A program made the translations under genes and the position numbers. The notes below the pieces were generated by a model. That model made no database searches. It was not told where the DNA came from and saw only the letters and a program-made list of their open reading frames with translations. Positions 26,972 to 36,263 of a stretch of 64,000 nucleotides of DNA are shown in pieces. The stretch covers positions 464 to 64,463 of the forward strand of contig JAFVBL010000011.1 of the NCBI GenBank assembly GCA_017479985.1, given 5' to 3'. Every line of letters begins with the position of its first letter. The stretch's first letter is position 1. The DNA is from Alphaproteobacteria bacterium (lineage in GTDB: Bacteria > Pseudomonadota > Alphaproteobacteria > RF32 > CAG-239).

Positions 26972-28345
26972 TCAGCGTTTAAGTGCTCTGACCTGCTTTA
27001 AGTTGGAAACAAACATTTTCCGTTGTTGCGGTGAGGCGTGATTATAGGCGCTGTGTCGACCGAGAGGTTTACCGCGTGCGGCGGCCAGATTTTGTGCAAT
27101 TTCCTTGACACCGAGTCCGTTTTGACCGGCAGTTGCCACAGCCGTCTCAATATCTTTTTGCTGTTGTGCAGAAATTGTTTGTTTTGCGCTTAAAATAACA
27201 TCAATCGGTGAGCCCAAACCGTAAGCCTTATACATTAAATGTGTGTAAACAAGTTGTTCACTGAGGGTATTTTCCGGCATTTTAAATATATTTTTATCGG
27301 CTTGGAGTACAATTTCAGATGCCAATTTATGTGGATTCAGATTCAATGAACCGGCAATTATTTCGTTTTTTGTATTATAAAAATTTTGCCAGATTTTCTG
27401 TTCGTGTATCAACGGAGTCTTTTGTTTGGCAACCTGAAGTATTTTAACGGTGTCTGTTTCGGCTTTTTTCTTCGGTGTTATTTTGATGCCCGCAGAGTTT
27501 ACCTTTTGGTTGGTCTGACCTTTGTCTGATTTAAAACCGAATAAGGTTGCGACCGCCAAAAGCAAGGTCAAGCCTGCCGCTTTTGCCGCATAGCGCAGAT
27601 TATGATTGTTGTGCACGGAGATACGTTTGCGAGGCGAAACGGTGTCGGTTGGAGCCTGTTTCGATTTCTTACGGAATGTTGCCAATATGCCCGAAAAACG
27701 ATTTTGGGATTTTGATTCTTCAAAATTTTCAATCGGAGTCGATTTAATACTCTTTATCGCTTGCATTGCCGCACTTTCTTCATACGAATCACCCAGAACC
27801 TCAAGATATTTCAGAGCAACCGGAACTTCATTCCGATGCAAACGGATATTGCCGTGCATAAAATTTTCGGCATAAGATTCGGCTTCTTTTTCCAATTGTA
27901 ATTGATGTGTATATTCACTTTCTTTATGAAACCAACCGCGAGACAGATTTTTGCCGAGTTTTTTGTAGGTTTCGATTCTTTTTTGCATTTGAGCCGCAGT
28001 CAAATTTTCAGGTTTCTTCGGGTTAATTTTAAACAATCTTTGCCAGAAATTACGTTGTCTGTCGGTTAAATATTGTTCTATATCAAAAGAACTTTCCGCT
28101 TGTAATTTTTGTAATAAGTTCTTACGTGCCGCAAATCCGAATGTATCAATATATTCGGCAAAAATTTTTTTATCACCGTCACGTACGGCAATTTTATCTT
28201 GCGCATATCCGTTTAAAATATCATATGCTTTCTCGGCAATTTTTTCGCTTTCGGTGTAGCGTTTCACCGTAATATTTTTAGCCTTTAAGCGACGATATGT
28301 ATAAATATCTCCCTTTAATTTGCTCTTTGTAATATAATATGCCAT
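26972..28345 (-). CDS. Hypothetical 457-aa bitopic membrane protein
   Basis: Long ORF. SD AAGGGA upstream. Single central TM (AAKAAGLTLLLAVATLFGF) separates two soluble halves. No family recognised. Confidence 0.55.
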   Translation of the reverse strand: MAYYITKSKLKGDIYTYRRLKAKNITVKRYTESEKIAEKAYDILNGYAQDKIAVRDGDKKIFAEYIDTFGFAARKNLLQKLQAESSFDIEQYLTDRQRNFWQRLFKINPKKPENLTAAQMQKRIETYKKLGKNLSRGWFHKESEYTHQLQLEKEAESYAENFMHGNIRLHRNEVPVALKYLEVLGDSYEESAAMQAIKSIKSTPIENFEESKSQNRFSGILATFRKKSKQAPTDTVSPRKRISVHNNHNLRYAAKAAGLTLLLAVATLFGFKSDKGQTNQKVNSAGIKITPKKKAETDTVKILQVAKQKTPLIHEQKIWQNFYNTKNEIIAGSLNLNPHKLASEIVLQADKNIFKMPENTLSEQLVYTHLMYKAYGLGSPIDVILSAKQTISAQQQKDIETAVATAGQNGLGVKEIAQNLAAARGKPLGRHSAYNHASPQQRKMFVSNLKQVRALKR

Positions 28346-28570
28346 TTTTTCCCTTTCATCTTTTTATTTATGTTATCCGATATTGCGTGCAAACAGTATC
28401 CGACAATTTTATTGCCGCTTTAATTCCGTTATTTTCGTGTTGAATGATTTTATAAAAATTCAGGCGTAAAACAATGCCACACAATTCAGATAATGCGTAT
28501 AAAATTCAATACTCTCGTGAGATAGGAATATATACAAAATTTTCAATATGTCAATTGTTTTATGACAAAA

Positions 28571-28882
28571 TTAACCGTATACACGTTGTTTTATACGGTT
28601 ACGCAAAAGGGTGCGATGCATAGTGCGTTGATTTTGACGATTTTTATCAAAATCTTGTCGTTCTTCCCGTGTGTTGGACTGCTTTTGCATTTGCAACCGT
28701 TGTTGCTGTTGTTTTTGTGTACGTTCTTCTTCTCGTTGACGTTGTTGCAAACGAAGGCGTTCGTCTTCACGCTGATGTTCTTTTGTCTGTTCGGCAATCT
28801 TAATATTCTCACCGTCATCTTTCATTTCATTGATACGGGCGTTTATATTATTTAATAAAAAACTTGCGTGTCGCGATGCCAT
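28571..28882 (-). CDS. Hypothetical highly charged (R/Q/E-rich) 103-aa protein
   Basis: AAAGGAG lies 8 nt upstream of the ATG on the minus strand. Sequence is a coiled-coil-like QQRQREEERTQKQQQQRLQMQKQ. The competing plus-strand ORF lacks an SD. Confidence 0.5.
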   Translation of the reverse strand: MASRHASFLLNNINARINEMKDDGENIKIAEQTKEHQREDERLRLQQRQREEERTQKQQQQRLQMQKQSNTREERQDFDKNRQNQRTMHRTLLRNRIKQRVYG

Positions 28883-28928
28883 CTGTTTTCTCCTTTATGT
28901 CTAATAATAACATATTTTTGCACTGTAT

Positions 28929-28980
28929 GCAAATGATATTTGCGGTAATTGTTGATTTTTTTTTCAACACCTTTTATACT
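28929..28980 (+). promoter_or_regulatory. lemA promoter preceded by a perfect palindrome
   Basis: TTGATT (28952-28957), 17-nt spacer, TATACT (28975-28980). The palindrome GCAAAT-gat-ATTTGC at 28929-28943 sits just upstream of the -35. Confidence 0.5.
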
Positions 28981-29015
28981 GACTTTCATAATAATTATTT
29001 ACAAGGAGAAAAGTA

Positions 29016-29588
29016 ATGGAAAATAATGTGTGGTTATGGATTGTTGCGATTGTGGTCGTTTTAGCGTATATATTATATGCCCGTTTAATCACAACACGCA
29101 ATAAAGTTCAGGAATCTATGTCTGATGTTGATGTTCAGCTTAAAAAGAGATATGATTTGATTCCGAATATGCTGAATATGGCGGCAAAATTTATGGAACA
29201 CGAAAAAACTTTGATGACGGAATTGGCCGATTTACGCACCCGTGCGATGCAAAATACTTTTGTCGGTTCGCCGAAAGAAAAAATGGAACTTGAAAATTTG
29301 CTTAATCAAAAACTTCAGGATTTCAAAATTTCACTTGAAAACTATCCGGATTTGAAGTCAAATCAGACAATGATGACGGCAATGCAAAGTATGAATGAGG
29401 TTGAAGAGCATATTGCGGCCGCAAGACGCTTTTATAATGCAAATGTTAACGAACTCAAAAATCAGGTTGATATATTTCCGAGCAGTTTGGTTGCACATTT
29501 GTTGAGTATTTCTTATGAAAATTTTCCGTTTTTCCAAGCAACGGAAGCTGAAAAACAACCGATTAACAGTCAGGATTATTTTAAATAA
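29016..29588 (+). CDS. lemA: LemA family protein
   Basis: N-terminal TM, then LemA-typical RN.V....S.VDVQLKRRYDLIPN...YPDLKSNQ....M......E..IA.AR..YN..V. SD AAGGAG. Confidence 0.85.
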   Translation: MENNVWLWIVAIVVVLAYILYARLITTRNKVQESMSDVDVQLKKRYDLIPNMLNMAAKFMEHEKTLMTELADLRTRAMQNTFVGSPKEKMELENLLNQKLQDFKISLENYPDLKSNQTMMTAMQSMNEVEEHIAAARRFYNANVNELKNQVDIFPSSLVAHLLSISYENFPFFQATEAEKQPINSQDYFK

Positions 29589-29600
29589 AAGGACAGTGTT

Positions 29601-30557
29601 GTGGCAGATTATATAGAATTTGTATCCGAAGTGGAAGACAGCGAAGAAACGCTGTTTGAAAAGTACTTCAATGAAACCGTTGTTCCGTTGGTGGAAGATG
29701 AAAATACCGTAAAAGAAACATATCGCAGCCGATTTTGGGGTTATTTATGGTCTGCCTGTTTTTTGCTCGGCGCAAATACATTGATTGTTTTTTTCAGATA
29801 TTTAATGTATCATTATCCGGTAAATTACGGACAATTATTCCTTGTGGTTATGATTGCCGCCGGAGTTGTCTTATTTCCGATTTATCAATATTATCGGCGT
29901 CCGAAAACGAATTTGTTTGAAGTATTTTTGAATTTTTACGGAAATTGGAAACATTTGAAAAACCACGAAGTTAAGTTGGTCCATTCTCCGATTATTCCGC
30001 CGCACGAAACAGTCAGTGCGACGCATAATATTGTTGCCGATTATGATAAAGCACAAATAGAAATGCGTGATACGGTATATCAATCAACGGTGCAATTCCG
30101 AAAATGGAAATTCAAACGAACCGTTTCTGCCGGTGTCATTGTTTATATAAAATTCGACAAACCGTTTGCAAATAAGATTTATCTGTTTGATAAAAGCGGA
30201 TTTTATCGCAAAAGTAAGTATCCCGATTTAAACAATGTTACGGAAAATATCCATATTCCGGCGGCTAATTATTTTCATATTTTCGCACAAGATGAAGAGT
30301 ATGCCAAAGATATGATGCCATCGGTATTTTTTGAGCGTATTTTGGATTTGAAAGAAGCCTTCAGAGCAAAACATCTGTATATTCAAATTGAAGAAGATTT
30401 TATGCGTATGTATCTGGAAGGTGCGCAATTGTATTTTGAAGACAACAGTTTATGGCATAAATCGGTCGATAAAGACAAATTCGCCGTTCTTAATCAGGAA
30501 ATGTCTCAAACTTTGGATATTGTTCAGCTCGTACAGGCAATGAAAGAGCAAATATGA
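29601..30557 (+). CDS. DUF3137-like two-TM membrane protein (paralog 1)
   Basis: GTG start after AAGGA. Short cytoplasmic N-terminus, two TM helices, FLNFYGNW motif, and C-terminal FHIFAQDEEYAKDMM...FFERILDLKEAF. Same architecture as the next gene, and positioned after lemA. Confidence 0.5.
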   Translation: MADYIEFVSEVEDSEETLFEKYFNETVVPLVEDENTVKETYRSRFWGYLWSACFLLGANTLIVFFRYLMYHYPVNYGQLFLVVMIAAGVVLFPIYQYYRRPKTNLFEVFLNFYGNWKHLKNHEVKLVHSPIIPPHETVSATHNIVADYDKAQIEMRDTVYQSTVQFRKWKFKRTVSAGVIVYIKFDKPFANKIYLFDKSGFYRKSKYPDLNNVTENIHIPAANYFHIFAQDEEYAKDMMPSVFFERILDLKEAFRAKHLYIQIEEDFMRMYLEGAQLYFEDNSLWHKSVDKDKFAVLNQEMSQTLDIVQLVQAMKEQI

Positions 30558-31513
30558 CAAATTTAACCCATACGTCGGAATATATTGAATTAAAACATCG
30601 GTTTGATTTATATTATGCCGAAAAATTAAGTCCGATTCTGGAACAAAACGATAAAGTTCGAAAGCGGTATTTACTGAGTTTTATTTTATTGTTTTGTATG
30701 TCGGTATTGTTTTATCCGTATTTGCTGTATCAACTTTATCTCGGAGTGGTGCCGAAAGAATATATCGGTCTTATATTATGCGCATCGGCCGCGGTTGTGA
30801 TGCTGACTTGCGGACCGGTTTATGTTTATAAAAAGAAAGTCAAACCGCAAATAATGCCTGATTTTGCAAATTTTTTCGGAACTTTTTCGTATATTTTTGA
30901 AGGAAAAATCGATGACGCTGTGTTGCAAACATCGGATTTGTTCGCAAAATATGACAGAAGCCTCGGAGATGATTATTTTACGGGGGTTTATGACGGCGTC
31001 GGCATCAGTATCGGCGAAGAAAAATTGTTGACGGTGCGGTATGATTCGCAAAATAAAGAATTTACCCGAAAAGTGTTTGGCGGAATCTGTATTTTGTTTG
31101 AAATGAACAAAAATTTTAAAGGCCGGACCGTGGTGCTTAAAGATAAAGGAACAATCGGCAATGCTTTTACAAAAATTCAAGGCTTGCAAACCGTGCGACT
31201 TGAAGACAGTTTGTTTGAAAAATATTTTGAAGTTTATTCCGATGACCAGATAGAAGCTCGGTATTTGCTGACAACGGCGTTTATGGAAAGAATGTTGAAA
31301 CTGCGCGATTTGTATGACGGCAATTCCATTCAGTTCTGCTTTTATCGCAACAAGTTGCTGTTGGCGATTCCGACACGGCAAGATATGTTTGAAGCAAATT
31401 CTTTTTTCCGTTCCAATCTTAACAAAAAGAGAATTGATTTGGTTTTTGAACAATTTTTTACCGTTTTTTCCATTGTTAAATTATTGAAACTCAATCAGCA
31501 TATCGGAATGTAA
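30554..31513 (+). CDS. DUF3137-like two-TM membrane protein (paralog 2)
   Basis: ATGA overlap with paralog 1. Two TM helices, FANFFGTF, and FEVYSDDQIEARYLLTTAFMERMLKLRDLY, which resembles the DUF3137 signature. Confidence 0.55.
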   Translation: MTNLTHTSEYIELKHRFDLYYAEKLSPILEQNDKVRKRYLLSFILLFCMSVLFYPYLLYQLYLGVVPKEYIGLILCASAAVVMLTCGPVYVYKKKVKPQIMPDFANFFGTFSYIFEGKIDDAVLQTSDLFAKYDRSLGDDYFTGVYDGVGISIGEEKLLTVRYDSQNKEFTRKVFGGICILFEMNKNFKGRTVVLKDKGTIGNAFTKIQGLQTVRLEDSLFEKYFEVYSDDQIEARYLLTTAFMERMLKLRDLYDGNSIQFCFYRNKLLLAIPTRQDMFEANSFFRSNLNKKRIDLVFEQFFTVFSIVKLLKLNQHIGM

Positions 31514-31597
31514 TCGGATTGTGCATATTCCGATATTCGCGGTTGAAAAAAAATCAGATTGCTTATAGATTGAAAAAAATATGTCGGGAGAGCTGTA

Positions 31598-32842
31598 TTG
31601 TTTTCTAAATTTGAACGTATGACCGCGTGGCGTTATTTGCGCGCAAAACGCAGAGAAGGTTTTATTTCCGTAATTACCGGTTTTGCATTTACCGGTATCG
31701 CTTTGGGTGTGGCTACTTTGATTATTGTTATGTCTGTTATGAACGGATTTAAATCGGAGTTGCTGAACCGAATCTTGGGAATAAACGGACATATTTCGAT
31801 TGTGGCGACGGCAGGTTTTCCTTTTAATAATTACAAAAAAGCCGTAGAGGATTTACAAGATATTGAGGATATCCGCTTGGCTCTGCCGCTGATTGAAAAA
31901 CAACTTTTGGTTTCTTCGCCGTATGGTGCCGAGGGAGCAATGGTCCGCGGTATGGAAGGGACAGATATCTTAAAGAAAAAAGTTCTGCGCGAAGGTTTTT
32001 CTGCGCTTGATATCAATGAATTTAAGGGTGATGTTGTTGTTGTGGGTGAAAAGTTGGCACGTAAACTCGGTGTTTATATCAATGACGAAGTTACTTTGAT
32101 TTCACCGAACGGAAAAGTTACCGCATTCGGTACGGTGCCGAGAATAAAAGCATATCGGGTCATCGGCTTTTTTAATTTGGGTATGCACGAATATGATTCA
32201 AATTATATTTTTATGCCGCTTGAAACCGCACAGACTTATTTCGGCCTAAAAGATGCGGCAACCGTGATTGATGTGACGCTTAAAGATGAAAAAACTCTCG
32301 AAAAAACAACAATGATGCTTGAAAAAAGTGTCAGTCTTGATGCGTTTGTATATGATTGGAAAAAAACAAATGCGGCGTTTTTCAATGCCATTGATGTTGA
32401 ACGCAATGTGATGTTTTTGATTTTGACTCTGATTATTTTGGTTGCGGCCTTTAATATTATTACCGGGCTGATTATGCTGGTGAAAGATAAAAGCCGAGAT
32501 GTGGCGGTTTTGCGCACAATGGGTGCAACCAAAGCAATGATTATGCGGATTTTCTTTATGGACGGCGCATTTATCGGTTTGGTCGGGACATTTTTCGGTG
32601 TTTTAATCGGATTGGTATTTTGTTACAATATTGAAAGCATAAGGCAGTTTTTGCAAAAATTATCGGGCAGGGATTTGTTTTCTTCGGAAATATATTTCTT
32701 GTCAAAATTACCGGCAAAAGTAGATTCCGCCGAAGTCTTAATGGTTGTGGCGGTAACCCTTGTGCTGTCATTTTTAGCGACATTATATCCGGCATATCGC
32801 GCTTCAAAGTTTAATCCGGCGGAGGCATTGCGCTATGAGTAA
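31598..32842 (+). CDS. lolC: Lipoprotein-releasing ABC transporter permease, LolC/LolE family
   Basis: TTG start after GGGAGAG. N-terminal FERMTAWRYLRAKRREGFISV......GIALGVATLIIVMSVMNGF. FtsX-like C-terminal TM bundle. Confidence 0.85.
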   Translation: MFSKFERMTAWRYLRAKRREGFISVITGFAFTGIALGVATLIIVMSVMNGFKSELLNRILGINGHISIVATAGFPFNNYKKAVEDLQDIEDIRLALPLIEKQLLVSSPYGAEGAMVRGMEGTDILKKKVLREGFSALDINEFKGDVVVVGEKLARKLGVYINDEVTLISPNGKVTAFGTVPRIKAYRVIGFFNLGMHEYDSNYIFMPLETAQTYFGLKDAATVIDVTLKDEKTLEKTTMMLEKSVSLDAFVYDWKKTNAAFFNAIDVERNVMFLILTLIILVAAFNIITGLIMLVKDKSRDVAVLRTMGATKAMIMRIFFMDGAFIGLVGTFFGVLIGLVFCYNIESIRQFLQKLSGRDLFSSEIYFLSKLPAKVDSAEVLMVVAVTLVLSFLATLYPAYRASKFNPAEALRYE

Positions 32843-33554
32843 TCTGATTCTGGAATTAAAAGATGTATGCAAAACGTTTCAGCAGGGAGCTGAACAGCTT
32901 AATGTACTGAAAAACGTTAATTTAAGCATAAAACCGAAAGAAATTGCGGCGCTAATCGGGCCTTCCGGCTCAGGTAAATCAACATTATTGCAAATTGCAG
33001 GTCTGTTGGACGAACCATCGTCCGGTACGGTGTATATCGACGGTGAAAAATGCACCGGCAATAATGATAATTTACAAACAATGTTGCGCCGTAATTATTT
33101 GGGATTTGTGTATCAATATCACAATTTACTGCCTGATTTTGATGCGGCGGAAAATGTTATTTTGCCGCAATTGATTGCCGGCACAAAATATAAAGATGCA
33201 CGCGACAAAGCTATATGGTTGCTTAAACGACTCGGCCTTGAAGAACGTATATCGCATCGTCCGGCGGAACTTTCGGGCGGTGAACAACAACGGGTGGCAA
33301 TTGCCCGCGCGCTTGCCAATACTCCGAAATTGCTGTTGGCAGATGAACCGACCGGAAATTTGGACCCGAATACTTCGGATAATGTGTTCCTGACACTTCT
33401 TGAAGTAGTGAAAGAAACCGGACTTTCTGCATTGATTGCCACACATAACATTGATTTGGCGCATAAAATGGATAGGGAAGTATCACTTAAAAACGGCAAG
33501 TTGATTGACATTCGAGCCACGAATTTTATCTCAAAGGGAGAAAATTTTTATTAA
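32835..33554 (+). CDS. lolD: Lipoprotein-releasing system ATP-binding protein LolD
   Basis: Walker [10 protein letters not shown], signature [15 protein letters not shown], Walker [13 protein letters not shown]. Overlaps lolC by 8 nt. Confidence 0.9.
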   Translation: MSNLILELKDVCKTFQQGAEQLNVLKNVNLSIKPKEIAALIGPSGSGKSTLLQIAGLLDEPSSGTVYIDGEKCTGNNDNLQTMLRRNYLGFVYQYHNLLPDFDAAENVILPQLIAGTKYKDARDKAIWLLKRLGLEERISHRPAELSGGEQQRVAIARALANTPKLLLADEPTGNLDPNTSDNVFLTLLEVVKETGLSALIATHNIDLAHKMDREVSLKNGKLIDIRATNFISKGENFY

Positions 33555-33625
33555 ATCGAAAATGCTAACCGTTTTTTAATAAAAATATGTTCGGATAGAG
33601 AAAATAAAATAAGCAGAGAGATAAA

Positions 33626-33958
33626 ATGGGAATTTGGGCATACATTGTCAAAAAGAGTAAGAGTTCGGCGGTTTTGGTGCTTCTGATTTTGCTGAGTTCT
33701 TATTTTACGTATTTTGCGGTTAAAGGTGACAGAGGATATCTGAAGTATTTGTATTTGCAGAATAAAGTTTCTGAGGCTGAAAAAATGAATGCCAATTATG
33801 ATAAACGCCGTGAGGAACTTGAGCAAAAAGTTAAGTTACTGTCCACCAGCAGCTTGGATTTGGATTTGCTTGATGAACGCGCGCGTGCCGTTTTAAATAT
33901 GATCGGCGATAATGAATTCATCATTATTGATGAAGAAGATGACGAAAATTCCGACTAA
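33626..33958 (+). CDS. ftsB: Septum formation initiator family protein (FtsB/DivIC-like)
   Basis: Single N-terminal TM, coiled coil, and C-terminal LDLDLLDERARAVLN motif typical of alphaproteobacterial FtsB. Confidence 0.7.
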   Translation: MGIWAYIVKKSKSSAVLVLLILLSSYFTYFAVKGDRGYLKYLYLQNKVSEAEKMNANYDKRREELEQKVKLLSTSSLDLDLLDERARAVLNMIGDNEFIIIDEEDDENSD

Positions 33959-34049
33959 AAAAACGGTCGGTTTATTTTTTTTATAAAAAACTTGACTTAC
34001 AGCATACTCTAAAATGTATAGTATTATAGGTATTAACAAGGAGGAAAAT

Positions 34050-35084
34050 ATGAAACGTCGTGATTTTTTCAAATTATCTGCAAGTTCCGTTGTTTTGAGT
34101 ATGGTCGGTAAATTATTCGGTACGGCAAACGCAACCGTCACCACAGTACCGCAGGCGGCAAATCCGCTCGGGAGCAGTGTCAATATTCCGGTTGAAAAGC
34201 GGGAAGGAAAGGCGTCTGTTGTATATTTTACACGTGATTTATCTGCAACCGGATTGGATAAAATCTATCAGAAAGTGAAACAAAATATGACCGGAAAGGT
34301 GGCAATCAAATTGCATACCGGTGAAAAAAACGGTCCGAATATCATTCCGAGAGAGTGGGTAAAACAGTTGATTGCGCATAATTTGCCCGATGTCGCAATT
34401 GTGGAAACAAATACATATTATGACGGCGACAGATATACAACCGAACAGCATCGGGAAACACTGAAAGTCAACGGCTGGACATTTGCGCCGGTTGATATTT
34501 TAGATGAAGAAGGTACAACAATGTGGCCGATTAAAAACGGTAAGCATTTTAAAGAAATGTCTGTCGGTAGTCATTCCGACAGATACGATTCACTCTTGGT
34601 TTTAACACACTTTAAAGGACATACAATGGGCGGTTTCGGCGGCTCAAACAAAAATATCGGTATCGGTATGGCCGACGGTCGAATCGGTAAGGCGATGATT
34701 CATACTTATCCGGGGCAGGGACAATGGAGTATCGATAAAGAAGCGTTTATGGAACGTATGACCGAATCCACAAAGTCGGTTTTGGACCACTTTGGCGAAC
34801 ATATCACTTATATCAATGTTATGCGCAATATGTCTGTCAGCTGCGATTGTGAGGGTGTCGCGGCCGCACCGGTGGTAACACCTGATGTCGGTATTTTGGC
34901 GAGTAACGATATTTTGGCGATTGATCAGGCTTCGGTGGATTTGATATATCAGCTCAAAGATAAAAGTCACGATATGCGTGAACGTATCGAAACACGGCAC
35001 GGTCTGCGTCAGCTCTCGTATATGAAAGAGCTCGGTATGGGGAGCGATAAATACACGTTGGTTGATTTGGATAATGAGGCGTAA
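34050..35084 (+). CDS. DUF362 domain protein with twin-arginine (Tat) signal
   Basis: SD AAGGAGGA. MKRRDFFKLSASSVVL...ANA Tat-type leader. DUF362-like KLHTGE, THFKGH and CDCEG motifs. Confidence 0.65.
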   Translation: MKRRDFFKLSASSVVLSMVGKLFGTANATVTTVPQAANPLGSSVNIPVEKREGKASVVYFTRDLSATGLDKIYQKVKQNMTGKVAIKLHTGEKNGPNIIPREWVKQLIAHNLPDVAIVETNTYYDGDRYTTEQHRETLKVNGWTFAPVDILDEEGTTMWPIKNGKHFKEMSVGSHSDRYDSLLVLTHFKGHTMGGFGGSNKNIGIGMADGRIGKAMIHTYPGQGQWSIDKEAFMERMTESTKSVLDHFGEHITYINVMRNMSVSCDCEGVAAAPVVTPDVGILASNDILAIDQASVDLIYQLKDKSHDMRERIETRHGLRQLSYMKELGMGSDKYTLVDLDNEA

Positions 35085-35104
35085 CGCGTGATTGCCTAAA
35101 CAAC

Positions 35105-35146
35105 AAAAAAAGACCGGAGATTTTATGTCTGCGGTCTTTTTTTTGT
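35105..35146. terminator. Bidirectional terminator between convergent genes
   Basis: Hairpin AAGACCGGAGAT / GTCTGCGGTCTT (one mismatch), flanked by an A-run and a T-run. Confidence 0.65.
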
Positions 35147-35153
35147 TTGTAAT

Positions 35154-36089
35154 TTATTTATTATTCTTTTCGGTCTGTCGAATCATTTTTTTTACGGTTT
35201 TAAGAAGTTTCGGTGTGGAATGACCGGCTTCGGGACATATTTTTAAAACCGATTCGGGCATCGCTTTATGTAATTCCCAAGCTTGTTTGACCGGACAACA
35301 AAAATCCATACGGTTATGTGCTATAATTGTCGGAATGTGTTTGATTTTGCCGATATGACGCAAAATTTGATTGTCATTCATAAAAAACTTATGCCTGTCA
35401 TAATAAAATGCAACTCGAGCACACCTCAAAAACTTTTCATCAAACTCGGCATCGGGGTCAAAAGTCGGGTTGAGTTGACCGAGTTTATGTTCGTAACTTC
35501 CCCAATAAGTCAGTGCTTTTTCGTAATCTTTTTCGTGTTCGGAAAAGAGTAGGCGATGATGGGTTTCAAAAAAATCGTTGTGTTTATATTGTTTGCGCAT
35601 TTCATCCCATAAGTCCGGATAAAAACGCTCGCTGTCGCCGTTTACCCAACCGTAATCTTCAGGACGTGCCAAAAATACGGAAGAAACCACAATCTGCCGG
35701 ACAATTTGCGGATGTGATTCGGCAAATCACAACGCCATCGTTGAACCCCAAGAAACACCGTGCACGATAATGGGGGTATCAATATGCAAATAAGCCAACA
35801 AATGCATTGCATCTTCAATCAGATACGGTGTTTCATTATGGTACAGCAAATCCGAATATTCCGATTTTCCGCAACCGCGTTGATCAAATTGAATAAAGCG
35901 ATACTTATTCAAATCAAACAATTTTGCATATTTCGGACGTGAAGTGCCGCCGGGACCGCCGTGAAAAGAAAGTACCGGAATACCTGACGGATTGCCGTAT
36001 TGATAATAATATATCGAATGTTTATCACGTTCGGGCAGTAAACCTTCATCAAAAGTTTTCGGCATACAATTAAATAAATTCCAAAACAT
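35154..36089 (-). pseudogene. pip: Prolyl iminopeptidase-like alpha/beta hydrolase interrupted by a single in-frame TGA
   Basis: The two track ORFs (35727-36089 and 35154-35690) are in the same frame. Read across, the sequence is HGVSWGSTMAL-TGA-FAESHPQIVRQIVVSSVFLARPED. It has the HGGPGG oxyanion motif, the GxSxG nucleophile (GVSWG), and a C-terminal GHS. Confidence 0.8.
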
Positions 36090-36263
36090 ATAATTTTCCT
36101 TTGTTGATTGATTTTTGTCAGTATAGCGACATATTTTTCTGGTTTCAATCTAAATATACATACCTGACTTAATGTATAAAAAGGTATAATTCGGTATGTA
36201 TAGTTGATATTTCTGTTTTTAAAGATTACAGTATAGACAGTTCAATTAACAACGGAGAAAAAA

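Noticed and set aside
28562-28855. 97-aa plus-strand ORF overlapping the 103-aa minus-strand gene
   Set aside because: Only the minus-strand ORF has a well-spaced AAAGGAG before its ATG. The plus-strand product is an L/F-rich string mirroring the R/Q/E-rich sense frame.
30776-31453. 225-aa antisense ORF opposite the second DUF3137-like gene
   Set aside because: The sense frame has the TM helices, conserved motifs and translational coupling. The antisense ORF has none of these and no SD.
35727-35729. TGA reassignment (Trp or Gly) or selenocysteine at the in-frame TGA of the iminopeptidase gene
   Set aside because: At least five well-supported genes in this window terminate at TGA, several in ATGA or TGATG overlaps, so TGA is a genuine stop here. 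The position is a non-catalytic residue after the nucleophile elbow, which is not a plausible Sec site. A nonsense mutation is the simpler reading.
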